A stretch of 61,924 bases of DNA, taken from Rhina ancylostomus. Lineage: Eukaryota. Positions 12,601 through 24,600 of the stretch are shown piece after piece. Each line of letters opens with the position of its first letter. Positions within the stretch are counted from its first letter, which is position 1. The stretch is from assembly GCA_030265395.1 (NCBI GenBank), contig JARFYF010000050.1:10179969-10241892 (forward strand). Direction: 5' to 3'. The notes beneath the pieces are model-generated. The model had not been told where the DNA came from, made no database searches, and saw only the letters and a program-made list of their open reading frames with translations. The position numbers and the translations under genes were made by a program.

Positions 12601-15600
12601 TGGCACCCATCCCCTTATCTCTTTTCCATCCCCCACACTCTCCATCTGTCCATCATCCACACAGTCCTCCCACTGGTTCCCCTTCCCACCTCCCTCCTTC
12701 TATTCATTGTTCCACCTTCTGCTCCTGTCAGGTTCCATCATCAGCAGCCGTGTGTCACTTCCACTTATCACCTCCCAGTTTCTGACATCATTCCCACTCT
12801 CCCTCCGCCCTCATCTGCCTGTGACCGCCCCTCACCTGGATCCACCAATCAGCTGCCAGCTCTTGCTCCACCCTTTCCCTCCACCTTTTTATACTGGCCA
12901 TCATCCCTCTTNNNNNNNNNNNNNNNNNNNNNNNNNNNNNNNNNNNNNNNNNNNNNNNNNNNNTCCATAGATGCAGCCTGACCTGCTGAGTTCCTCGATT
13001 CCAGCATCTGCAGTCTCGTGTCAGTTCAGTTTGGCTTCTGCTGGGACTGTTCCACTCTGGATCCAACTGCAGCAGTGGTCCAGTCTTGGGCTAAAGTGGA
13101 ATTCTACAAGGGGCAAGAGTGGCTGCTCTTGATATCCAGCCAGTATTTGACCAATTGTGATTTCAAGAAAAACTGAAGAGGAATCTGTGAAATTTAGTGG
13201 GGAGTTGGGGTGCAGGAAACACTGTTGGTGAGAGTCATATCCAGCACAAAAAAGACTGATTATGCCTGTTAAGACGTCATCGTCTCAGCCTATCAGTGCA
13301 GGACTTCCTCAGGTCACCATCCAAATAACTTCAAGAGCTTCTTCAATAATCTCCCCTCCATCACATCTGAAGTAGGGACATTAGATGACGATTCAAACCC
13401 AATCATAATTCCATGAATAACACAATCCATGGCTGTATACATGAGAAAGGGGACAGGTGTGGGCTGCTTAGTGACAAGTGTGCCATATAACCTTCAGTTA
13501 ATGGCCACCTCCAACAAAACAGCAGCCAAGCCCTTCTGTCATTCACTGACATTAACATCTCAGACACTGGTCAGAAACTTAATTGGATTATTCACATAAA
13601 TGTTGTGGTTGCAAGAGCAGGTCAGAGTCTGGGCATCGTGTAGCTGGTGAGTCACCCATAAAGCCTTGCCGTCATCCGCAAAGCAGATGTCAGCAGTGCA
13701 ATGGAATGCATGTGGCTTAATGAGTGTATCTCCAAAAATATTCAAGAAGCTAAATACCGCACATACCACTCGGACAAAGGAACCCATTTTATCTGCACAC
13801 TTCCATCAGTTCACCCATCAACAGAACATTATGATTGCAATGTGTACTAGCTACAATAAAGCACTTCAGCCAGGATTTCAATGGCACCTCCAAATTTGCA
13901 TCTTCAACGGCAGCAGGTAGTTTGAAATATCACTATCCATATACTTGGAAGTATATTGCCAATCTTTCAACACTGCCAGGTTACAGTGGTGGAACTTGTT
14001 ACCTAATTGCACAGTTGGAGTAATTGCTCCTGCAGTTTTCAGTGATTCAAAAGCAGCAGTTCGCAACAACCTGAAGAGCAATTAAGATGTGCAGTATATG
14101 CTGGTGTCATCAACCATGCCCACATCCTTTGAAGAAAAAAGGAATTCAATCTCACTTACAATAAATGAATTTAGATTGAGTCATAATTCTGAAGAGTGAT
14201 TCTTTATCTTGCCAAATGTCGCCCCTCCCTAACCAAGTACAAGTTGCTTTGTGATGATGAAACCTAACCTTCTCAGGTGTTGCAGCCAACCACTGTAACA
14301 GATGAACAAAAATAGTTTTATATACTCATCTCAGTATAATAGATACTGGCAAATTCATGCCTACTGGTGTTATTCAACCACACTTCAAAAGGTGTTCCCA
14401 GTTTCAGCATCATGTTTCTGTCATTCAACAAAATAAAAATCAGGTATGTTTCAGATTATCTCCCCATTGCCCAGAGAATATTACCCCATTGCATTATGTC
14501 AGGAAACTATCCAAACCAACAGCCATCAGGTGTGGGTTAAAGCCCAGAATTTTTCACAAATTATCTTTGAATTCAATCATATACCAATGGAGATTAAATG
14601 AAAGACAGTTTTGATGGAGAGAGGGAGAGAAAGTGGCAGGGTTCATTAAACTGAAAGTTTAACTGGCTGGCATAGTGGGGTAATAAACAAATTATAAAAA
14701 TTCCTTGGCCTGTAGAATAGAGATTAAGTTGTTGCCTGTTATACTGATCGGATCCAGCCATTTGGAGTCACTGCCACATGTCGTCAACTAGCTTGCACTG
14801 TGAACACCAATAAGTGCTTTTGTGTTTTCAAACCAGTGTTCAAAAAAAAAGATTTCTATCGACAGAGGCCACTGCACTGGGCCAGAGATAAACATGTAGA
14901 GCCAGCATAATTAAAATGTTAATTTGTTGGTCCACCTGGGACAACAATGCAGCCTGAGCAACGGAAAACAAAGATCAATAAACATTTAGTTATGGAATGA
15001 TTCCTGTGTCCCAGAACACCTTTTTGTTCAAGAAAGGTAAAAGGGATAATCCCGGGAATTATAGACCAGTGAGTCTTACGTCAGTGGTGGGCAAACTACT
15101 GGAGAGGATTCTTAGGGACAGGATTTATGAGCATTTGGAGAAGCATAGCCTTATTAGGGATAGTCAGCATGGCTTTGTGAAGGGCAGGTCGTGCCTCACA
15201 AGCCCAATTGAGTTTTTCCTGAGGAGGTGACAAAACAAATAGATGAAGGTAGAGTGGTGGATGTAGTGTATATGGACTCTAGTAAAGCATTTGACAAGGT
15301 TCCCCATGGTAGGCTTATCCAAAAAGTCATGAGGCATGGGATCCATGGAGACTTAGCTGCATGGATTCGGAATTGGCTTGCCCACACAAGGCAGAGGGTG
15401 CTTGTAGATGTCAGAGTTAGGTGGTGGGTGCCTGGAACACTGGGGGTGGTTGTAGAAGCTGAATCAATAGGAACATTTAAAAGGCTCTTAGATAGGCACG
15501 TGGAAGTAAGAAAAATGAAGGGTTATGGGCTGTGTAGGAGGGAAGGGTTAGATTTATCATGGAGGAAGTATTCATAAAGTTTGGCACAACATTATGGGCC

Positions 15601-18600
15601 AAAGGGCCCATACTGTTCTATGTTCAATAAGTGTAGGCCTGTCTGTTGTGGAAAAACTACTAAAATCTGTCAGAGATAGTCTGACTGAGCACGTGAGCAA
15701 ATAGCTGATCAGGAGAGCCAGTCTGGCTTTGTATAGAATAAGTCACGTATGACTAACCTAGCCAAATTCTGTTAAGCAGTCACTAATAGTGTCATGTTTA
15801 CAGAGATTATGTACAAGGACTTCCAAAAGGTATTCTGTAAAAGACAATTAGCAAAATTGACAGCATGTCAAATCCTTTTCATTTTGATGTAGGAACTGGT
15901 AGAGAGGTAGGAGATGAGAGAGGGAATAAAGAGTACATACTCTGGCAAAATCTGCAAAGATCTTTTCTATGGCTTCAGCCTCTCACTTTTATTCATGACT
16001 TGGGGGTGACAAAACCAAGAATAGTGTACTCAAGTTTACAGATGGCATTAAGTTGAAAAGGGATATTTTTCAGATTAACTGAATAGCCAGACCTACAGTT
16101 TAACAAAGTTCAATTTTGAGAGATCAAATGGTGAAAGAATGAGAACTGTGGAGAATCAAGAAATTTGACTTTAACTTAGGAAGCATATCAGAAGTTAATA
16201 TACAGGTCCAAGATGTAATCAAAAAAGCCACTGGAAGAATGGACTTTATCTCCAGAGATCTGGAAGACCAAGAGTAAGAAGTTGTCACTTAGGCTGTATA
16301 CAGCCTTGGTCAGATGCATCTGGAATACTGCATTCAGTTTTGGACACTGTCTTATAAAGTGAGTTNNNNNNNNNNNNNNNNNNNNNNNNNNNNNNNNNNN
16401 NNNNNNNNNNNNNNNNNNNNNNNNNNNNNNNNNNNNNNNNNNNNNNNNNNNNNNNNNNNNNNNNNAAGTGGCAGATAGAGTTCAATCTGGAGAAGTGTGA
16501 AGTGATACACTTTGGAAGAACAAACCTGAAGGCTGAGCACATGGTTAATGGCAGGATTCTCAGTGGTATGGAGGAACAAAGAGATTTTGGGGTCCACGTA
16601 CACAGATCCCTCAAAGTTGCTGCACAAGTGGATAAGGTGGTTAAGAAGATATATGGTCTACTGGCCTTTATTAGTCGGGGAATTGAGTTTAAGAGCTGAG
16701 AGGTAATGTTGCAGCTCTCTTAGACTGGTTAGATCACACTTGGAATGTTGTGTTCAATTCTGGTCATTACATCATAGGAAGGATGTGGAGGAGAGGTTGA
16801 GAGAGTTAGGGCTTTTCTCTTTGAGAGGAGACTTGGAGGTATACAAGATTATGAGAGGCATTGACAGAGTGGAGAGCCAGCATCTTTCCCCTGGGTGGCA
16901 ATGGCCAATACGAGAGGTTACCCCTTTAAGGTGCCTGGAGGAAAGTTCAGGGAGATGTCAAATGTAGGTTTTTGTTTACACAGAGAGTGGTGGGTGCCTG
17001 AAATGCACTGCCAAGGGCGGTGGTAAGGGTCAATACAATAGGGTCATTTAAGAGACTATTAGAGAGGCACAGGTATGAAAGGAAAATAGAGGGTGATGGG
17101 AGGTGAAGTAGAGAGGGGGACAAGATTAATATAGGTCAGCACAACATTGTGGGTTGAAGGGCCAGTACCGAGCTGCACTGTCCTATATTCTGACACACAC
17201 CCACCTTTTTGGCTGACAGAGCAAGCCTCTTTGCTGGAGGTGGCGACATGGTGCTGGATTGCTCTTCTGCAAGTAACTGGGGCTTTATTTTGGACACTCC
17301 CTGTTCCTCAACGCTGCTCTCAGTCCTCTCATTACCAGAGCTGTGTGCCTGAGATTCGGAATCAGACTCTTCTGGCTCAGACTGTTGATTATTCTTCGTC
17401 GTATTGCTCCCATTCACAGCACATTTAGGGCTGCCAATCCCTTTCTGCTGGTCCTGGGTGCCTTCCTTTCCTTTCTGCTCTGCTCCACTAGTTGCCACCA
17501 ATGACTTCAATGAGGTAGATGAAGGTAGTTCCTTGNNNNNNNNNNNNNNNNNNNNNNNNNNNNNNNNNNNNNNNNNNNNNNNNNNNNNNNNNNNNNNNNN
17601 NNNNNNNNNNNNNNNNNNNNNNNNNNNNNNNNNNNTTCTTGTCAGCCAAGTTGTCGGTCGCCTCGACGAGCTCTGCTTCTGTGAAGACGATGAAGGTAGT
17701 TCCTTGCTTTCTGCCGCAGCCACCTTTGTACTTTCCGTCAGTGGTGGTCTGCTCCCACTTGAACCATTAACTGACTGGCCCTGAGAAGATTTTGGTTGCA
17801 GCTGAGGTAAAGATTTCTTAAGCTTCTTCAGTGATTCATCTATGAATGTCTGTGGATTTGTTGGTTTCCCTGCAAGCCTAGGTGACTGGTTAGTGGTGGT
17901 TCTTGGCATTGGCACACCAATGTTCCCAGAAGCTTGCAGTTTTGCTTGCTGAGACTCTGGTTTCTACATTAAACAACAATACAAATACTTGTTTACATAA
18001 AACATTTGGATGTGAGCATCAGAAATATACGCGAATGTCAACTTTTGAAAGTGGAGCCTGGATGTATTCAATGCTATGAAAGATTGTGACAAAATACAAA
18101 GGAACGTTAATAAAATTGGAGAATAGATGGTGTATTTGGCAATAGTAATTTCAAGTATGAGATGATAACTTTGGTAGGGAAAAGAGGCCATATACTACTG
18201 TGAAAATAAGAGTCTAAATGGAATAGGGAAGCTAAGGAACCTAAGAATTCAAATGCATAGATTACTAACAAGACAGATTAATACGACCTTAGAAAAAGCA
18301 GAATAAAACAAAACAAATTCATTTCTAGAGGACTAAGAAAAGATACTAACTTTACCTGGAACCTTGATTAGACCACACTGGTATTTTGTGGACTGTTTTG
18401 GTCTCCATGTTATAAAAATAATGAAGTGCCATTGGAAAACAAAGAAGTCATATCCATCAAGATGATCAATCTAGCTGGGGCATCTTTCTCCCAGAAAAGA
18501 CTGAGAGGGGTTATGGTATTAGGTAGACAAAGATGTTTCCACTTATGGGAAATACCAAAATCAGGAGCTTTAAATGTAAAATAGTTATTATTAAATCCAG

Positions 18601-21600
18601 TGGCAATTTCACAAGAAATTTTTACTCAAAGTGGGACTTTCTTTTACAGTACCCAAGGCAGAAAATATTGTATTTAAAACAAAGCTTGATAAATACACAG
18701 GAAAAAAAGCAGGATACATCAATAAGGTTAAATAAAGCAAGTTGGTGGATCAAAAATACAAGCAGTTGGGCTAATGGACTGTTTGTGCTATACATTCTTC
18801 AGATTATTTTATTTACACTCTCCTGAACGAAAGAAGAGATAATCCAAAGACCATAGCATTAAAAGGGAAAAAAATATGTAGATATTTATGTATACCTTGA
18901 TTTTAAAATAACTTTGAAAACCTGCCCTGCTTTGATGCACCACCACCTGTTTTAGAGATGAGGCAATGCAGAATCTGGCAGGTTCAGTCCTCTGTCTATT
19001 GGCTTCTAGGTGATCTGACACAGGGGAACAGCTGTTAAGCTGCAAATCATTTAAATTCTTCTAGATGTGGAAGGACTAAAAACAAGATTCCACTTATGTT
19101 TATAAGTAACCACCTGCAATCATGTGGGCTGCAGTAGCACTGGAGAGAGAAGGAAAATAAATGGGTAATTTCAGCTGTTCATTATCCAAGTTTGCACATG
19201 AAAATCAAAAGAAAAACTGCAGATGCTGGAAATGTGAAACAAAAACAGAAAATGCTGGGAACACTTCATCCTGATGAAGGATCCTGGACCTGAAACGTTA
19301 ACTCTGTTCCTTGTTTCACAGACCCTGCCTGACCTAGTGAGCATTCCCAGTATTTTCTATTTTTAAGATTAACAAAAAAAATCACTATTTGGGTGGTGGA
19401 AGGAAGAATGAAATTATGATTTAGGAGCAGTTAGTCTCTTCAGGATACAAGAAGAGAACAATTCAAATCTTTGAGGCCAATTTTACAATCAAAATGCCAA
19501 TTTCAGACCAACACTTTGTACGACTTCTTGAAGAGTTGAAAAGAAAACTTTTGATAACTGGCTCCTAAATGCCCATGATGGATCAGAGTTGCGTCAAACA
19601 AGACCAAGTTTTAAAAATTCCGTGTTACCCGTCTATTGCCACTATAGTGGCTAAATGATCTAAGCCATATATGAAATGCCACATCTGTTTTGTGAGTTGA
19701 TACTATTTCAAAGGCTAATTTAGTAAACTATTTGCTAACTCCAAGTATAGTGCTTAATATTAACCACTGGCATTAATTGGTTTAATTATGAATAAATGTG
19801 GTCTTCTGTCTCATGTCTAATTTCCAATTAAGGATCATCAATTATTAATATTCCTTTTGCTACGCAAACCAATCACAAGCAGAGTCGAATTTAACATTGG
19901 TCATTGGAGACAAGATACATGATGCCCAAATTTATTTGCTCATTAAACAGATTACGGGACTGTTCTGCTGCTTCTGATATGTACAACACTAAGAGGCATT
20001 ATCATCCCTTGTTATTTTATACATTAAAAAGGTCACATCTGTATCCACAAGAACTGCACACTTGTGGAAGAATATTCAATGAAACAATCTACCACTGGTG
20101 CACTTGAATTTCAGTAAACTCAAGACACACTGAAGTTGGGTTGGATTTTCTTCTACAAATTTCATCTTGTGTATACACACAAAAAAAATGTGTAGCTGAT
20201 CACATGGCTCATTATGTCTGTGGGTCTCATCCATCTGAGTCTTAAAATGCAATTCCATTTCCCATTTGGAAGAACATTGCAGTCTAGCAGGCTTCATTAC
20301 CTTCTACACTATAACATGATGTTACCAACATGATCTACAAGCTAACCTTTATCATTTGAGGAGAGCCCAAGTATCCATTCTGTACAGGTTTCTTTGGCAT
20401 GGTTGTGCCATTGCTGGTTTTGACAGTTGGCTGAATAGAATTCTGCTTCGACACTTCATCCACGCCACTCTTTGAATTTGGCATCCTGCAATGATGAAAC
20501 ACTTGGAAGTTAAAAAGGCATAAATTTTTCAAATTACACAACGACTGAGAAAGGTGGTGAAGCATAAATGCATGAATACTTGTTTTTCACTCTAGTCTTT
20601 TATATCAGCTGGATCCCAAATAATTCACCACAGATTAATTTTAACTAAAGCATGGAACCTTCACACATACAGATCAGAGGAAGCCTCAAGAATGATACAT
20701 AAACAAAGTGCATTCAGTAACACCGACCTCAGGTAGAAAAGTACATATGCCTGTTGGTTCAGCACCACCTTGATGTTACTACAATGGACCATTGAATCAT
20801 TCATCTGATACCACTGCCCATTGCTAGCCTGAAAGAAAACAACACAACATTTACATCCTGGGTAAATCATTATCTGAAACATGACTTTAGTAACATCGGT
20901 TCATGTGATTTTGTAAACTGCCTTGAGTCATCTACTTTGGAATTGCTGATGAATCTCTACATTCTTTTCTTAAAATCTGATTTGCATGTTATTTTTAATC
21001 ACCAAGTGCTTCTTAGGAGAACTATACATTGCATTTATTTTCACAAGTGAGCTTATACTTTGAAGATTAAAACTGATCTAGTGTTGGATTTAAACAATAG
21101 TTCATTATTGCAGGCCATTTTTCTGACAACATTTATGGAAGAAAGTAAATGACTAGTCACAACTGCCTTGAAAGTAGATCATAAATCAGTAGGACAATAA
21201 AACAAGATTAAATTACTATTTAAAAAATTTAGTGCAGGGCCAGTGTATAACATAAATGAGCAATCTAATTGCACAGCCATTTTATTTTACAGGTAATTAC
21301 ATTTTTCAGTATTATGGTGAATTGCCCATATTTCAGAAAAGTGAAATAGTTTGAGCTGTGAAGTTAACTGTGCAACTTCTCACCTTGACATAACAGTAGT
21401 AGTGTCCAGCATGACAACTGTATCCAGAATGTACCAACACTGCATACAGCCCATAATTGACAGGCTCACCATTGGTTTGGGACATATATGGACGTATATT
21501 CAAGTGCTCTGGGTAGCCAATATCCTGTTAAAGCAGAGAGAACAAAAATACAAAAAAGCTTTGAGTTCATTTTTATTTCCAAATGTGAAACATTCAGAAA

Positions 21601-24600
21601 TCTATCAAAACATTATTTCAAAATAATTGTCCCAAGATATTTTCACATATTCCATTCCAATCTCTCAAGAAGTTCACACATTATACGTAAAGAGGACTCG
21701 CTAATGAAACTTTTTTATGCAACTGAAAACAAGACTTCAACTAGAAGCAAGATGTGTTTTTAATCCAAAAAGCATTTATTTACCAGCTTTCATTACGATT
21801 CTGAAATTCTGCAAAGCAGCAACTCAGAAACTCTGAAATGGGAAACAATGGTTTCCTTGAAGGAAGCTGTGCACTGCCTCACAATATACAAATCTTTCAC
21901 CCTTGATTTATCTTTTTGCAAGGCAAACATTTTGCTACACCATAACAAAATGTCATAGCTATTAAAATAATTCACTAAAGATGAATTCACCTTTGTGATT
22001 TTGCCACCACTGAAGTTTGCAAATCGCTTTAAAGAAAGAGTGAGAACATTTGACGCTCTGTGAATGGAAAAGCGTTTGGTAGCTGGCACCTTCTTCTTGC
22101 ACCTAAAGAAATAGGCTGTTACAGTTAATAACATCTTCCCAAATGAGTTTAAAAAGATCAGAATTAATACTGTTGTATGCTTCAACAAGAATGCCAAACA
22201 AGAGTCTAAATTCTAACTGCAATAAATTTTAATCTGGTCCTGCAAAGGTTAATTATTTTAAAGCAGCTTCAAATATTTGTTACAGAGATCTAATCTTAAT
22301 TTGTTAAATTTACACAATTGGATTATCTGACAAATATTACATGTATATTTCTATTGCTGAACAGGACAATGAATCGCTTACAAGAAATGTAATGGATTGT
22401 GCCGTAATGGAGTACTGGAAAGTAAGGGTATCTATAACCTCAGGTATATAAAACCTTGCATTATGTGCTGATGCAAAATGAAGAACAGTACGTATGCTTA
22501 CCTTGTTTAAATACATTATTGTAAGTACAATCATGAAGTAACATTCTCCCTCCCAAAGCAGAATGCAAATAAGTTCAAACAAAATTAAAATATGTCATTT
22601 TAAAAATCGCTGAATGCAGCAAAGAAATTGATACAGTGGAATGAAATGGAACACACGTGATTTCTCACTGCGTTGATTTCAGACAAGTGCATACCAAGAA
22701 TTGAATGGGAAGGTGGAAAACAAAACAGGCAGAATCATCCCCAGCAACTCTGCAGAATTTTGAGGTGACAATTTCAAAGCAATCCTGGGAGCAGGTAAGC
22801 TACCAGCTTTGCAAAGGATGGAACAAAGCAGCACATGTTGTATAAATATAGATATTATATTTATCTTATACTGTATACCTTGTGCACCCACAAGAGGAGG
22901 GGAAAACAAATTATTGTCCTTGAAGTACATGTTTCGCTCTTCTGCATTCTAGACATTTACTGCTCAAGGCACAAACTGCTGATGTGGGCTATATGCAGAA
23001 ATTATTGATCTAAAGTGAATTACATTTGATTTAGAAGGAAACAGTGCTGTCAAAAAGGAAAAGAATTACTTGTTCACTTTTCCTGTGCATGGATACATGG
23101 TATATTTAATTTTCTATTCTTCCCCCCCCGAGCTGAGGAGAAAGACCAACCCTGGTACGTTCACTTAATGAGCTTTCATACTTTCAGAATTCTCCACAAA
23201 TGTTTAAGGTGACTTACTCATTCTGAAAAACACTTACTTTGCACACATGTAGGCATTCTCCCCACTGAGAAAATCGGGTTTCACGAAGAGCTCAAGAGCT
23301 CGGACAATGTTGGGTGCTTGCTAGAACACAATTAAGTGAGGGTCAGACCAGAAAGAAACTGAATAGGCATTTATGAAAAAAAAGAATTCTACTTGATTCA
23401 TTCTATTTATGCTCCAAATAAAACTTGCTATTTCCACAAAATGCCTTCATAATCTCCAAATGTGTTGGTCAAATAACATGTAAAAATCCATTCGGGCTTT
23501 CTACCACTGTACGTCACATGCTCTGGAGTACAGGCACACCCCACTTTACGGCAGTTGGAGTAACAGAAATTCACCCTAACAGAATTCACAAACCACTACT
23601 AAAAAAATCTGGAATAAAAATTAACTCATGAAATTTATGTGAAAAAAAGTAAAGAAAAAATTTTTTTGAACTCTCATTTCTTTGACACATGCACAGATGC
23701 CGTGGTTTAAAATGTTATGGAAAATCATGATATGGACTATTTTCTAAGAACGCAACCTCCCATAAACATGGGGGTTGCCTGCATTATCATGGACAGAACA
23801 CAATGAAATAATACGCCAAATATAACCCTTACGTGGAGGCACAAGAGACTGCAGATGCTGGAATCTGGAGCAACAATCTGCTGGAAGAACTCAGCAGGTC
23901 GAGCAGCATCCGTGGGAAGATGCTGCTCGACCTGCGAGTTCCTCCAGCAGATTGTTCGTCGCTCCATGATCCTTGCATATATCAGTCCGCAGCACTGTGT
24001 GGAATAATGCAGCAAGTGATTTACTTCAGTAGCATTAGAAAAGTGGCACCTTATTTGCATAACTTAGTATTGAGTTTAAATATAGTTCAGAAGCTGCAAA
24101 AAAAAACACCTAAGTAGTTACAATCTTGTAATTTCCCATCTATACTAATTCTTCTCAGCTGCTGAATAAATTTACATTTTGAAATAAGAGGAACATTTAA
24201 CAAATGTAACAATGACATAATTTGCACAAAGATGGTTATGATCTCCAACATGGGCCATGTCACTTATTTCAAAGATGAAAGGACAAGAAATACAACATGT
24301 TAAAACTAAAGGCAACCAAGGCAGACTGACTAGAGACAAGACTTCAATAACAAGGCAGAACTTCATGTAACCTCCATTTGGAATACAAACCCCATTGAAG
24401 ATTAACATTCATAATGAACTTCAATGAAAGGAAATCACATTCCATCTTTTGGGGCAACATGAATGGGACCCACATTTGTATTCAGAACATTTTTCAAAAT
24501 AACTGATTAATCCTTCAAAAAATGCACTTACCCTTATTTCAAGAGCAATATCCAAATAAGGATCATATGTATCCGATACACTCTTGCACACGGAGCATTT

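Noticed and set aside
14997-15577. Reverse-transcriptase ORFs as an active or domesticated RT system
   Set aside because: Frameshifted, internally deleted CR1 fragment with no intact ORF2.
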